Notes: a model not told the origin generated them from the sequence alone. A stretch of 24,000 nt of DNA from Eubacteriales bacterium (GCA_045636385.1 JAZTXK010000030.1:37578-61577); one strand, 5' to 3'. Counted from the first letter of the stretch, positions 7,955 through 14,529 are shown. Translations and numbers: made by a program.

Positions 7955-8757
7955 TTTTTCTTGTATCCTTTGTAGAGATGAACGATGTTGAGGTCTTCTT
8001 CCATATCAAGACCGTGCGAGCCGTTTTCGCCGTCGATCTCGTGACAGCCGTGATCCATCGCGAAGCCGACAAGGACGTTTCTGTGGCTCATGTGACGCTC
8101 GACAAGCTCGCAGAACTCGCAGAAGGCGTGGTCATTGGAGCGAAGCTCGCAGAGAGCCTCGAGTCCCTCGGGAGCTTTCTTGTGCATCACGGAGTCGTAG
8201 TTGCCGTTGTAGATGACGATAAGGTCGTGCTCGTCCTTCATTATCAGCTCGGCAGCCTTGGCGTTGACGGCATCGACACCGCCCTCGGGAAAGAGGAAAT
8301 AGTCCATATCGCGCTCAAGGAAGATGTTGCTCAGGCTCGATTTGCCGTAGGATACGATCGCGCACTTCTTGCCCGCGCGGATTGCGGCGTCGAAGAGCGA
8401 ATCGATCTTGATGACTGGCTTTTCGTACTTGCGTATGCCGTGAACGGCGGGCTGTGCGCCCGTATACATCGTACCGAAGCAAACGGGAGTGACCGAGGGC
8501 ATGACCGAGCAGAGAGGGATCTCGACGTCGGTGCGTGCCTTCGCACCCTTGCAGAGCTCGGGGTATTTTTCATAAATCCACTGCGCGATCGCATCGGGAT
8601 TATACATTATAACGCGGTCGGCTTTTTCGCCGCCGAAAACAGAGTCGATATATGCGGTAAGGTCTGCGTTCGCCGCCGCAGCCTCGCTCGGAGCTTCGAT
8701 GCCGAGCGCGTAAGCAAGCGCGGCGCAGATGGTGTCAAGAGAGTTGGGATTATACAT
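7951..8757 (-). CDS. Alkaline-phosphatase superfamily protein (type I phosphodiesterase / nucleotide pyrophosphatase-like)
   Basis: MPSVTPVCFGTMYTGAQPAVHGI (Thr nucleophile block), YDSVMH, and MDHGCHEIDGENGSHG metal-ligand blocks. SD AAGGAGGAAG. Confidence 0.7.
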   Translation of the reverse strand: MYNPNSLDTICAALAYALGIEAPSEAAAANADLTAYIDSVFGGEKADRVIMYNPDAIAQWIYEKYPELCKGAKARTDVEIPLCSVMPSVTPVCFGTMYTGAQPAVHGIRKYEKPVIKIDSLFDAAIRAGKKCAIVSYGKSSLSNIFLERDMDYFLFPEGGVDAVNAKAAELIMKDEHDLIVIYNGNYDSVMHKKAPEGLEALCELRSNDHAFCEFCELVERHMSHRNVLVGFAMDHGCHEIDGENGSHGLDMEEDLNIVHLYKGYKKK

Positions 8758-8769
8758 TGTTCTTCCTCC

Positions 8770-9636
8770 TTAAAGTTCAATGTCAACGTAAGCGGGCGAG
8801 TGGTCAGAAATCGGATAGTAATAATCGGGCGAATAGCGTTCGAAACGCTTGACCGAGCCCTCTTCCTCGCCGATGACGAGAATGTGGTCAATGGCGGTCT
8901 TGAAAGGGCGGTCGGAGTAAAAGGTCTTGAATCCGTCGGGGAAGCAATAGTGATAGCCGACAGCCTCCTCGGCGTAGTCGGTAGCGATATCGTGCGCGTG
9001 GCGGAAGCCCTTGGCAAACGCCGACTGCACGGCTTTCGAATCGTAACCCGTGTTGAGGTCGCCGACGAGGAAAGCGGGGCAGTTGTATTTCGCACGGAAA
9101 CGCTCGAGCGCGGTCGTCAGCATTTCGATCTGATACTCGCGCGCCTCGTCCGAGTAGGGAAGATAGTTCGGAGGGAGCGGCACGGGCGTTTTTTCGGTCG
9201 GTTGATGCTTCCACCAAAGGTGAGTGGTGGCGAAAATGAAGAGCTTGCCGTCTTCCTTCACGCGGAAAACGCCGATATTGTAAGCCTTCGAGCGCACGTC
9301 GTTGAACTTGCCCTCAAAGCCCTCAATGTGATCGGGATAGGTGCAGAATTCCGAATCAACGAGCTCGAGCTTGTCGGCACGGTAGAAAATGGGCGTGAAG
9401 CGACCCCAGATGAGCGTGTAATTAACGGGTTCGTGCGCCATTCCTTCTTTGAGAATATCAGCCATCAGCGCGGACGCCTCCTGACAGCCGATGACGTCGG
9501 GCATTGTTTCGCGCCAGACGCGGAGCAGCGAGGGCGCGCGCACCTCGGCGGAGCAGTCAAAGCCTTTTTCCTCCCAAGCGGGCGAATTTTTATCTCTGTT
9601 CCAGATGTTGTGGGTCATAAGTCGGATGGTTGACAT
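8770..9636 (-). CDS. Endonuclease/exonuclease/phosphatase (EEP) family protein
   Basis: IRLMTHNIW, QEA, GDLN, DHI and SDHSP blocks. ATG 9636 is preceded by GGAGG. The ORF-track extension to 9849 runs through a promoter and terminators and was rejected. Confidence 0.8.
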   Translation of the reverse strand: MSTIRLMTHNIWNRDKNSPAWEEKGFDCSAEVRAPSLLRVWRETMPDVIGCQEASALMADILKEGMAHEPVNYTLIWGRFTPIFYRADKLELVDSEFCTYPDHIEGFEGKFNDVRSKAYNIGVFRVKEDGKLFIFATTHLWWKHQPTEKTPVPLPPNYLPYSDEAREYQIEMLTTALERFRAKYNCPAFLVGDLNTGYDSKAVQSAFAKGFRHAHDIATDYAEEAVGYHYCFPDGFKTFYSDRPFKTAIDHILVIGEEEGSVKRFERYSPDYYYPISDHSPAYVDIEL

Positions 9637-9664
9637 GGTTGAACCTCCAATGTTTGTTGAGATA

Positions 9665-9693
9665 ATTATAGCATAAAATGGAGAGGATTGCAA
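9665..9693 (-). promoter_or_regulatory. Promoter of the EEP/AP/HP/SGNH operon
   Basis: Minus strand reads TTGCAA (9688-9693), 17 nt, TATAAT (9665-9670), with TTTTATGC upstream of the -10. Confidence 0.6.
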
Positions 9694-9696
9694 GGA

Positions 9697-9732
9697 AATA
9701 TAAAAATAAAGACCGCCAAAAACGACGGTCTT
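9697..9732 (-). terminator. Rho-independent terminator (second of a tandem pair)
   Basis: Minus strand reads AAGACCGTCGTTTTTGGCGGTCTT followed by TATTTTTATATTT. Confidence 0.55.
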
Positions 9733-9736
9733 ATAG

Positions 9737-9766
9737 ATAAAAAACAAAAGCCCCGTTCGGGGCTTT
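9737..9766 (-). terminator. Rho-independent terminator (first of a tandem pair)
   Basis: Minus strand reads AAAGCCCC-GAAC-GGGGCTTT followed by TGTTTTTT. The tail on the plus strand is poor, so it is assigned to the minus strand. Confidence 0.7.
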
Positions 9767-9881
9767 CGGTAAGAACAAAGGATGGGCGGTGTATCCATCA
9801 TCTCAGGTACTTCGGGAAGAAGTGCGTCGGGAACCATTTCCGACCTCAATGTTGCTTACGGAATAAGTATAATCTCATTCC
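9737..9881 (-). ncRNA. Candidate ~140-nt small RNA or leader of unknown class
   Basis: It lies between a perfect consensus promoter (9888-9916) and an intrinsic terminator. The longest ORF with an RBS-less ATG is 10 codons. Predicted hairpins are at 9826-9844, 9809-9823 and 9781-9799. I recognised no Rfam family. Confidence 0.35.
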
Positions 9882-9887
9882 AAGTAC

Positions 9888-9916
9888 ATTATACCATATA
9901 CAAATAAAATTGTCAA
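9888..9916 (-). promoter_or_regulatory. Perfect consensus extended -10 promoter with no ORF downstream
   Basis: Minus strand reads TTGACA (9911-9916), 17 nt, TGgTATAAT (TATAAT 9888-9893). It starts 17 nt after the stop codon of the upstream gene. Confidence 0.65.
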
Positions 9917-9932
9917 GCGGTTGGAAAACTTT

Positions 9933-10301
9933 TTATTTGAATTTAATTAATCTTCCGCTGTGAATTCTGCGTTCTAATTTTGAGCTTTGTACTGTATACA
10001 TAGTTGAAACGTATAAAATATCCGCAGAATGATCTACCTTAATGCCGATTAAAACGTTATCGTCATATTGCTTTATCAATTCGATGGACGAATCTTTTTC
10101 ATTTGGGTTGATTCCGATATAATCCGGATTGTTTATAATATCGGAAATGCGGTCTAAATATTGTAAGCAATCCTGATGGTTTCTTTTGATAAGATGTGTT
10201 TGCAGTCCAACAGAGCGAAAAATATGGGTTTGAGTAATATCGATATTCAATAGATTATTAAATTCTTTATTATATTCACCAACGTGAATGAGCTTTTTCA
10301 T
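9933..10301 (-). CDS. Small hypothetical protein resembling phage/plasmid PBECR-type (Barnase-EndoU-ColicinE5/D-RelE-like) putative nucleases
   Basis: 122 aa in a visibly AT-rich segment. The pattern THLIKRNHQD...YLDRISDIINNPDYIG...IELIK...VLIGIKV...LYVSTMYTV...RIHSGRLIKF matches my recollection of that family's layout. Gene call confidence is high and family call is moderate. Confidence 0.6.
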   Translation of the reverse strand: MKKLIHVGEYNKEFNNLLNIDITQTHIFRSVGLQTHLIKRNHQDCLQYLDRISDIINNPDYIGINPNEKDSSIELIKQYDDNVLIGIKVDHSADILYVSTMYTVQSSKLERRIHSGRLIKFK

Positions 10302-10335
10302 AGTTGTTCTTCTTTGCGAGCATAGGATTTTTTAT

Positions 10336-10364
10336 ATTATATCACAAAACGGCAAGGATTGCAA
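10336..10364 (-). promoter_or_regulatory. Promoter of the PBECR-like gene
   Basis: Minus strand reads TTGCAA (10359-10364), 17 nt, TATAAT (10336-10341), preceded by TTTTGTGA (TRTG -16 motif). Confidence 0.55.
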
Positions 10365-10365
10365 G

Positions 10366-10401
10366 GAAATAAAGAAAAAAGACCGCACGATGGCGGTCTT
10401 T
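10366..10401 (-). terminator. Rho-independent terminator of the LRR lipoprotein gene
   Basis: Minus strand reads AAAGACCGC-CATCGT-GCGGTCTTT followed by TTTCTTTATTT. Confidence 0.7.
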
Positions 10402-10408
10402 AAAAGTT

Positions 10409-11539
10409 TTATTGCGAAGTTTCGGGCGTAACCGTGAGCGTTCCTCCGATACAGTGGACGGTTATGTTTAACGTCTTTTTCGCCCAATCGTTGTGCTTCT
10501 CAATGGCATCCCACTCTGCGATTGTTCCGTCATAATTAATATTAATCACTGCTTTACCGCAGTCGCGGAAGATACTTCCATTGATGCTCGTCACGCTTTT
10601 CGGGATATGAACGCTGTCGAGCTTGGCACAGCCCTCGAAAGCGTAAAAGTCTATCAAGGTCACGCCGTCGGGTATCTCGACGGTAGTAAGCTGATCGCAG
10701 TCCGTGAATATGCCGATTGAAAGCGATTTGAGATTCTTCGGGAGGGTGATATATTCGATCGCGGCATAGGCGAATGCATTACGACCGATATCGGTAATGC
10801 CGTCAGGAAGATTGATGGATTTGAGTGCCCAGCAGGTAGAGAATGCATTGTCACCGATAAAGGTTACTCCAAGCGGGAGAGATATCGTTTCAATAAGCTC
10901 GCAAGAAACAAACGCGCCGCTACCTATCGAAGTTACACCCTCGGGGATCTCGATCGCTTCGAGAGCTTTGCATCCTCGGAAAAGTCCGTCTGCAATTTCT
11001 GTCAGGTTCTTTGACAAAGTAATGCTTTTGAGCTTGGTGCAATCTTGAAAAGCAGCTGTTCCTATGCTTTTTACGCTGTCGGGAACAGAGAGTGTTCTGA
11101 TTGCATTACATCCATTAAAAGCCGAATCACCGATTTCCTCAAGCCCGTCCGAAAGATTTACGGTTTTAAGCGAAAGACAACGGTAAAATGCCTCGCTGCC
11201 TATCATTTTAACGCTTGCAGGAATCGTGACCGAGCTGATTTTTGAGAGGTTATAGAATGCTTTATCGGCTATGGCAGTAACGGGAAGATCTTTGTATTCG
11301 GCGGGAATGACGATCTCTCTGTCGCTGCATTCACCAATTCCAGAAACGGCATACACGCCGCCGATATCGGTGTATTTCAATCCTTCCGAATATGCCGCGG
11401 GCGCGTCCGTGGCTTCTTCAATTTCGAAGGTCTCGGGCGGCTCGGTGGTTTCAGCAGAGATTTCTCCGTGATCACAAGAAGTAAACAGAGAAAGAATGAG
11501 GCAAAGTAGGACTGTCAAAAATCTTCTTGTGTGCTTCAT
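10409..11539 (-). CDS. Surface lipoprotein with BspA-type leucine-rich repeats
   Basis: Signal peptide plus probable lipobox (LSLFTSC). About 10 tandem ~23-aa repeats of the form IPxxVxxIGxxAFxxCxxLxxIxL. Confidence 0.85.
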   Translation of the reverse strand: MKHTRRFLTVLLCLILSLFTSCDHGEISAETTEPPETFEIEEATDAPAAYSEGLKYTDIGGVYAVSGIGECSDREIVIPAEYKDLPVTAIADKAFYNLSKISSVTIPASVKMIGSEAFYRCLSLKTVNLSDGLEEIGDSAFNGCNAIRTLSVPDSVKSIGTAAFQDCTKLKSITLSKNLTEIADGLFRGCKALEAIEIPEGVTSIGSGAFVSCELIETISLPLGVTFIGDNAFSTCWALKSINLPDGITDIGRNAFAYAAIEYITLPKNLKSLSIGIFTDCDQLTTVEIPDGVTLIDFYAFEGCAKLDSVHIPKSVTSINGSIFRDCGKAVININYDGTIAEWDAIEKHNDWAKKTLNITVHCIGGTLTVTPETSQ

Positions 11540-11570
11540 GGTGTACTCCTTTCAATGGGTTTGTATTGCT

Positions 11571-11599
11571 ATTAAACTATAGTTTTTAGTATTTGTCAA
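11571..11599 (-). promoter_or_regulatory. Candidate promoter of the LRR lipoprotein gene
   Basis: Minus strand reads TTGACA (11594-11599), 17 nt, TTTAAT (11571-11576). Confidence 0.45.
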
Positions 11600-11614
11600 T
11601 AGGCAATATAATTA

Positions 11615-12796
11615 TTAATTCAACTTTTTCCCGCAAGCTCTGATATACGGCTTGAGATTTTCAAGCAGCTCGTCTTCGTTTTCCGCCGCGGGGGAGTCGC
11701 TCCAGAGGCAGTAGCCGCCGCCGAGGACGCGGGGATCGGGGGCGGGAGGATCGTTTTCGGGATGTTGGCGGTCGAAGACGTAGGCGTTCCATTCGTCCGC
11801 GAGGGCATCGGGTGTGATGCCGCTTCGCTGACCGAAGCCGAGGACGTAATAGGTATAGTAGCTTGTGAAATTATATACCTTGTGTCCGCGCTCAAGGTAG
11901 ACCGAAACCGCATTTTTGCCGCCGTTTGCCTTCGGCGACCAATACTGAATGTCGATCGAGCTGTCAAGCTCGGTCGCGCCCTTCCATCCCGTATCAAAAT
12001 CGCGGTAGACGTCATCGTTCCACATCAGTATCTTTTCGTATCCGATCGAGCGCATGAGTGCGACGATGTCGTTCATATAAAGAATGAAAGCATCGTAGGC
12101 AACGGCATCGGGATTGCCCGTCAGAGCCTTTGCGTGCGCTTCCCAATGGTCAAGATTCTGCCATTTTGAGAGCGAATCGTCGATTGTCTCGCCGAATCCG
12201 AGAAGCTCGTCGCCGCCGATGTCAAATTTTCTGCAGCCGAGAGAGTAGAAGAATTCTCCATACTCGGCGTAAAGGTTACGAGCAAATTCGACCGCCTCTG
12301 CGTTCGAAATATCAATTCCGCGCGAGTGAGTGTACTGCGCCGCTTCCTTCGGGATGCTCGAGCCCTGAACGATCGCAACCTTGCCGTTTTTGTGGAAATA
12401 ATTCGATATGTTCGAGCCGGTCTGCGCGTTGTATTTCTTGACGGCGTAGTTCATATGTCCGGGCGAGTCGAAGGAGGGAATGACCTCGATACCCTCGCTC
12501 TGCGCGAAGCGGACGATGTCAGCCATTTCGTCCTGCGTGATGAATTTGCCGTTGTTTTCGGGCATACCGTTTGCCGCGCCGTAAACGCAAAGCGAGTGGT
12601 CGCCGCCCGCAAGCCAGGGGTATCTCTTCGATTCAAGTCGCAGTCCCATATCCTCGGAAAAATGAATACTGATCGCATTGAAGCCCGCGCTCTTAATTTC
12701 GAGAATGAGCCGCTTTATCCACGCGGGAGTGTAGTATTTTCTCGCGCAATCGAGCATAAAAATGCGCTCGGGGACGCGGTAGATTGAAGTTTTCAT
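11615..12796 (-). CDS. Glycoside hydrolase family 20 (beta-N-acetylhexosaminidase-like), no signal peptide
   Basis: MLDCARKY...SIHFSEDMGLRLES, IEVIPSFDSPGHM, FDIGGDE (catalytic D-E pair) and CLWSD. SD GAGGAAA. Confidence 0.85.
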   Translation of the reverse strand: MKTSIYRVPERIFMLDCARKYYTPAWIKRLILEIKSAGFNAISIHFSEDMGLRLESKRYPWLAGGDHSLCVYGAANGMPENNGKFITQDEMADIVRFAQSEGIEVIPSFDSPGHMNYAVKKYNAQTGSNISNYFHKNGKVAIVQGSSIPKEAAQYTHSRGIDISNAEAVEFARNLYAEYGEFFYSLGCRKFDIGGDELLGFGETIDDSLSKWQNLDHWEAHAKALTGNPDAVAYDAFILYMNDIVALMRSIGYEKILMWNDDVYRDFDTGWKGATELDSSIDIQYWSPKANGGKNAVSVYLERGHKVYNFTSYYTYYVLGFGQRSGITPDALADEWNAYVFDRQHPENDPPAPDPRVLGGGYCLWSDSPAAENEDELLENLKPYIRACGKKLN

Positions 12797-12816
12797 AGCA
12801 TTTTCCTCTGGGGCAG

Positions 12817-12895
12817 TCGCGCAAGCGCGAATGATAGTCGCCTGCGGCGAATGATAATCCGCTTCGCGGAATGATAATTTGCCTACGGCAAAATG
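12817..12895 (-). repeat. Tandem array of four ~20-21-nt units: variable GC hairpin plus constant A/T spacer
   Basis: Minus strand reads TTTGCC-GTA-GGCAAA TTATCAT TCCGC-GAA-GCGGA TTATCAT TCGCC-GCA-GGCGA CTATCAT TCGCG-CTTG-CGCGA. Unit starts on the plus strand are at about 12817, 12838, 12858 and 12879. Confidence 0.7.
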
Positions 12896-12912
12896 AAAGG
12901 TGAATTTCCGAT

Positions 12913-14472
12913 TTATTCAACTAAAAGCGTAACGCTCGATTTATCGCAGATCACGGTATTATGCGCGATCTTGGCGGTTGTCTGGAGCGCGTAAGGTCCG
13001 CGGTTGTTGGTGTGGCGGACGTATAGCGGAAAAGCTGAAGATGAGACGTCGATGCGGAGCTTTTCTCCCTTTTTGATGACGAAAGCGTGCTCGTCGAAGG
13101 AGAAATCCATCTCGATCTCGTCACCCGGCTTATAGTCGGGCGCGAAATTCGAGATCTGATTGATATCGTCGCGCAGACCGTAATATCCCTCCTCCTTGCA
13201 GAGACTGAGGCGGATATAGAAGCAGGTGTCCTCGCAATCCGAGCGGACGCGGAGTTTTGCCGTCATCTTGCCCTTGACATAGGTGTCTTCCTCAAACTCG
13301 GGCGTGAAGAAGGAGAGAACGTCGTGTTGGATATTCGGCTTATGCTGCCACGCGTTGCCGCCGAAATTTGCCGAAAGTCCGCCCTTGAATTTCGCGGGGG
13401 CGTAGGGGTTATAGGTATAAGTCTTCTCCCCCTCGCCAAGCGCAAAGGTGATCGACTTTTCGGGCGCGGCGAAATCGTCGGTGCACCATTCGTTGCCGAA
13501 GAGCTTGTAATACGTGACCTTTCCGGGCTCGAAGGGAGCCGCCTCTTTGCCTCTGACCGAGTTGATCCAGCGGATATAAAAATCATTCAAGACGTCTTCG
13601 CCCGAGGGAGCGTCATCGAAGACGATCGGCTGATCGCCCTTTTTGTTGTTGCCGTGGTCATAGGGATGAACGAACAGAGCGCATTTAGCCTTCGTTTCGG
13701 GCGCGATGGCGTTCCACAGATCGAACATACCGCCCGTGTAGATGTCGTAAAATCCCGTGACGACGAGGATCGGAATATTCGCGTTCGTCATCGCACCGCG
13801 CGAATCGCATCCGCCCGCGCGGGTGTTCCAGAAATCATCGTTTCGGTCGGGATGGAGAAGAATGTCGTCAAAGCTCGGCACGCTCTCGCCGAAAACGGTC
13901 TTTGAAAAGTCGATCAGCGGGAGCATATTGTAGCTTTCGGGCTTATAAGCCTTCTCGCGGATGCTCTTGCGCTTATACATACCCACGTACCAGCCGCCGT
14001 GGAGACCTATTTTATAGAATCCGTTGCGGTAATTGCAGTTGTAGCGCTCGGTGTCCTGAACGGCAAGCACCGCGCCCTTGATGTCGTCCGCAAAGGGTGC
14101 CGTAACCTGATGGACGGTTGATTTGTAGCTGTTGCCGACGAGGTAGAGCTCGCCGTTATAGAAGGTCTGCTGACGAACCCAATTCTGTAGGAAAAGTCCG
14201 TCCTCGCGCTCGTTAATGTAGGGAATGCAATCGCCCGAGCTCTTACCCCTGCCGCGGCAATGCTGATAAACGACGGCATAGCCCTGCTCGGTCCATTTCT
14301 CCACACTCGCGGCAAAGGCATCGACGATCTCGTCCTCGGCTGAATTTTCAACCGCGTCAACGTAAGGATCGCGCCTGATAACGGTCGGAAACTTTCCCGA
14401 TTCCTCGGGAAGGCAGATTACGGTGAAAAGATCTGCTCCGTTAAATTCAAGGTATTCGTAGTAGTTTTTCAT
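12913..14472 (-). CDS. CocE/NonD-family hydrolase (X-Pro dipeptidyl-peptidase S15-like alpha/beta hydrolase)
   Basis: RRDPY, HCRGRGKSSG and GNSYKS (nucleophile elbow), plus a long beta-rich C-terminal domain typical of the family. Confidence 0.8.
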   Translation of the reverse strand: MKNYYEYLEFNGADLFTVICLPEESGKFPTVIRRDPYVDAVENSAEDEIVDAFAASVEKWTEQGYAVVYQHCRGRGKSSGDCIPYINEREDGLFLQNWVRQQTFYNGELYLVGNSYKSTVHQVTAPFADDIKGAVLAVQDTERYNCNYRNGFYKIGLHGGWYVGMYKRKSIREKAYKPESYNMLPLIDFSKTVFGESVPSFDDILLHPDRNDDFWNTRAGGCDSRGAMTNANIPILVVTGFYDIYTGGMFDLWNAIAPETKAKCALFVHPYDHGNNKKGDQPIVFDDAPSGEDVLNDFYIRWINSVRGKEAAPFEPGKVTYYKLFGNEWCTDDFAAPEKSITFALGEGEKTYTYNPYAPAKFKGGLSANFGGNAWQHKPNIQHDVLSFFTPEFEEDTYVKGKMTAKLRVRSDCEDTCFYIRLSLCKEEGYYGLRDDINQISNFAPDYKPGDEIEMDFSFDEHAFVIKKGEKLRIDVSSSAFPLYVRHTNNRGPYALQTTAKIAHNTVICDKSSVTLLVE

Positions 14473-14500
14473 AATTATACCGCCTTTTTGTTATGGGTTT

Positions 14501-14529
14501 ATTATAGCATAAATTGAGCATTTTTGCAA
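14501..14529 (-). promoter_or_regulatory. Promoter of the CocE/NonD-GH20 operon
   Basis: Minus strand reads TTGCAA (14524-14529), 17 nt, TATAAT (14501-14506), preceded by TTTATGC. Confidence 0.6.

Noticed and set aside
7978-9633. 551-aa ORF on the plus strand
   Set aside because: It lies antisense to two well-supported genes (AP-like and EEP) that have clear catalytic motifs and SD sites. Its product is low-complexity and rich in R, V, A and G, as expected for a shadow ORF opposite GC3-rich coding sequence. It has no SD.
9637-9849. N-terminal extension of the EEP ORF in the six-frame track; similar extensions occur at 200-400, 3118-3243, 3236-3340, 15928-15957, 17415-17447, 18541-18696 and 21149-21193
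   Set aside because: The extensions run through promoters, terminator hairpins or AT-rich untranslated sequence. They precede an internal start that has a proper SD and the family-typical N-terminus. The frames are open by chance.
9781-9860. Possible fluoride (crcB) or TPP riboswitch in the candidate sRNA
   Set aside because: GGAAATGGTTCCCGAC loosely recalls the fluoride aptamer 5' part, and ACCTGAGATGATGGATAC recalls the ACCUGA...GGAUA part of the THI box. However, the required pseudoknot complement and the separate CUGAGA and ACCC elements are missing. The downstream genes are also not crcB/eriC or thiamine genes.
12817-12895. Hairpin array as a mini-CRISPR, or as Fur boxes (AATGATAAT resembles half of GATAATGATAATCATTATC)
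   Set aside because: The units are only ~20 nt, the constant part is 7-9 nt, and no cas genes are present, so this is not CRISPR. The AATGATAAT copies are all direct repeats with no inverted ATTATCA partner, so they do not form a 7-1-7 or 19-bp Fur operator. The resemblance may simply reflect AT-rich sequence.
12693-12920. 75-aa ORF spanning the hairpin array
   Set aside because: It has no SD, overlaps the start of GH20 and the end of the CocE/NonD gene, and its sequence is dictated by the repeats. It is unlikely to be coding.
14482-14497. Possible direct repeats flanking the AT-rich islet: CCTTTTTGTTATGGG at 14483-14497 versus CCTTTTATGTATTATGGG at 16270-16287, and GAAGAAT..TATCCGT at about 14664-14682 versus 16324-16338
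   Set aside because: The matches are short (6+7 nt with indels) and lie in AT-rich sequence. One copy overlaps a terminator stem and another overlaps coding sequence. No integrase or transposase is present. This is too weak to call att sites without comparative data.
14498-14513. The recurring TTTATGCTATAAT / TTTGTGATATAAT motif (also at 3151-3164, 9665-9678, 10336-10349 and 18559-18571) as a dispersed repeat or mobile-element end
   Set aside because: It is explained by the Firmicutes -16 TRTG plus -10 TATAAT promoter consensus. Each copy sits 17 nt from a -35-like hexamer and upstream of a gene. Only the pairs with much longer identity (3148-3180 with 9662-9694, and 9662-9732 with 10334-10401) were kept as findings.
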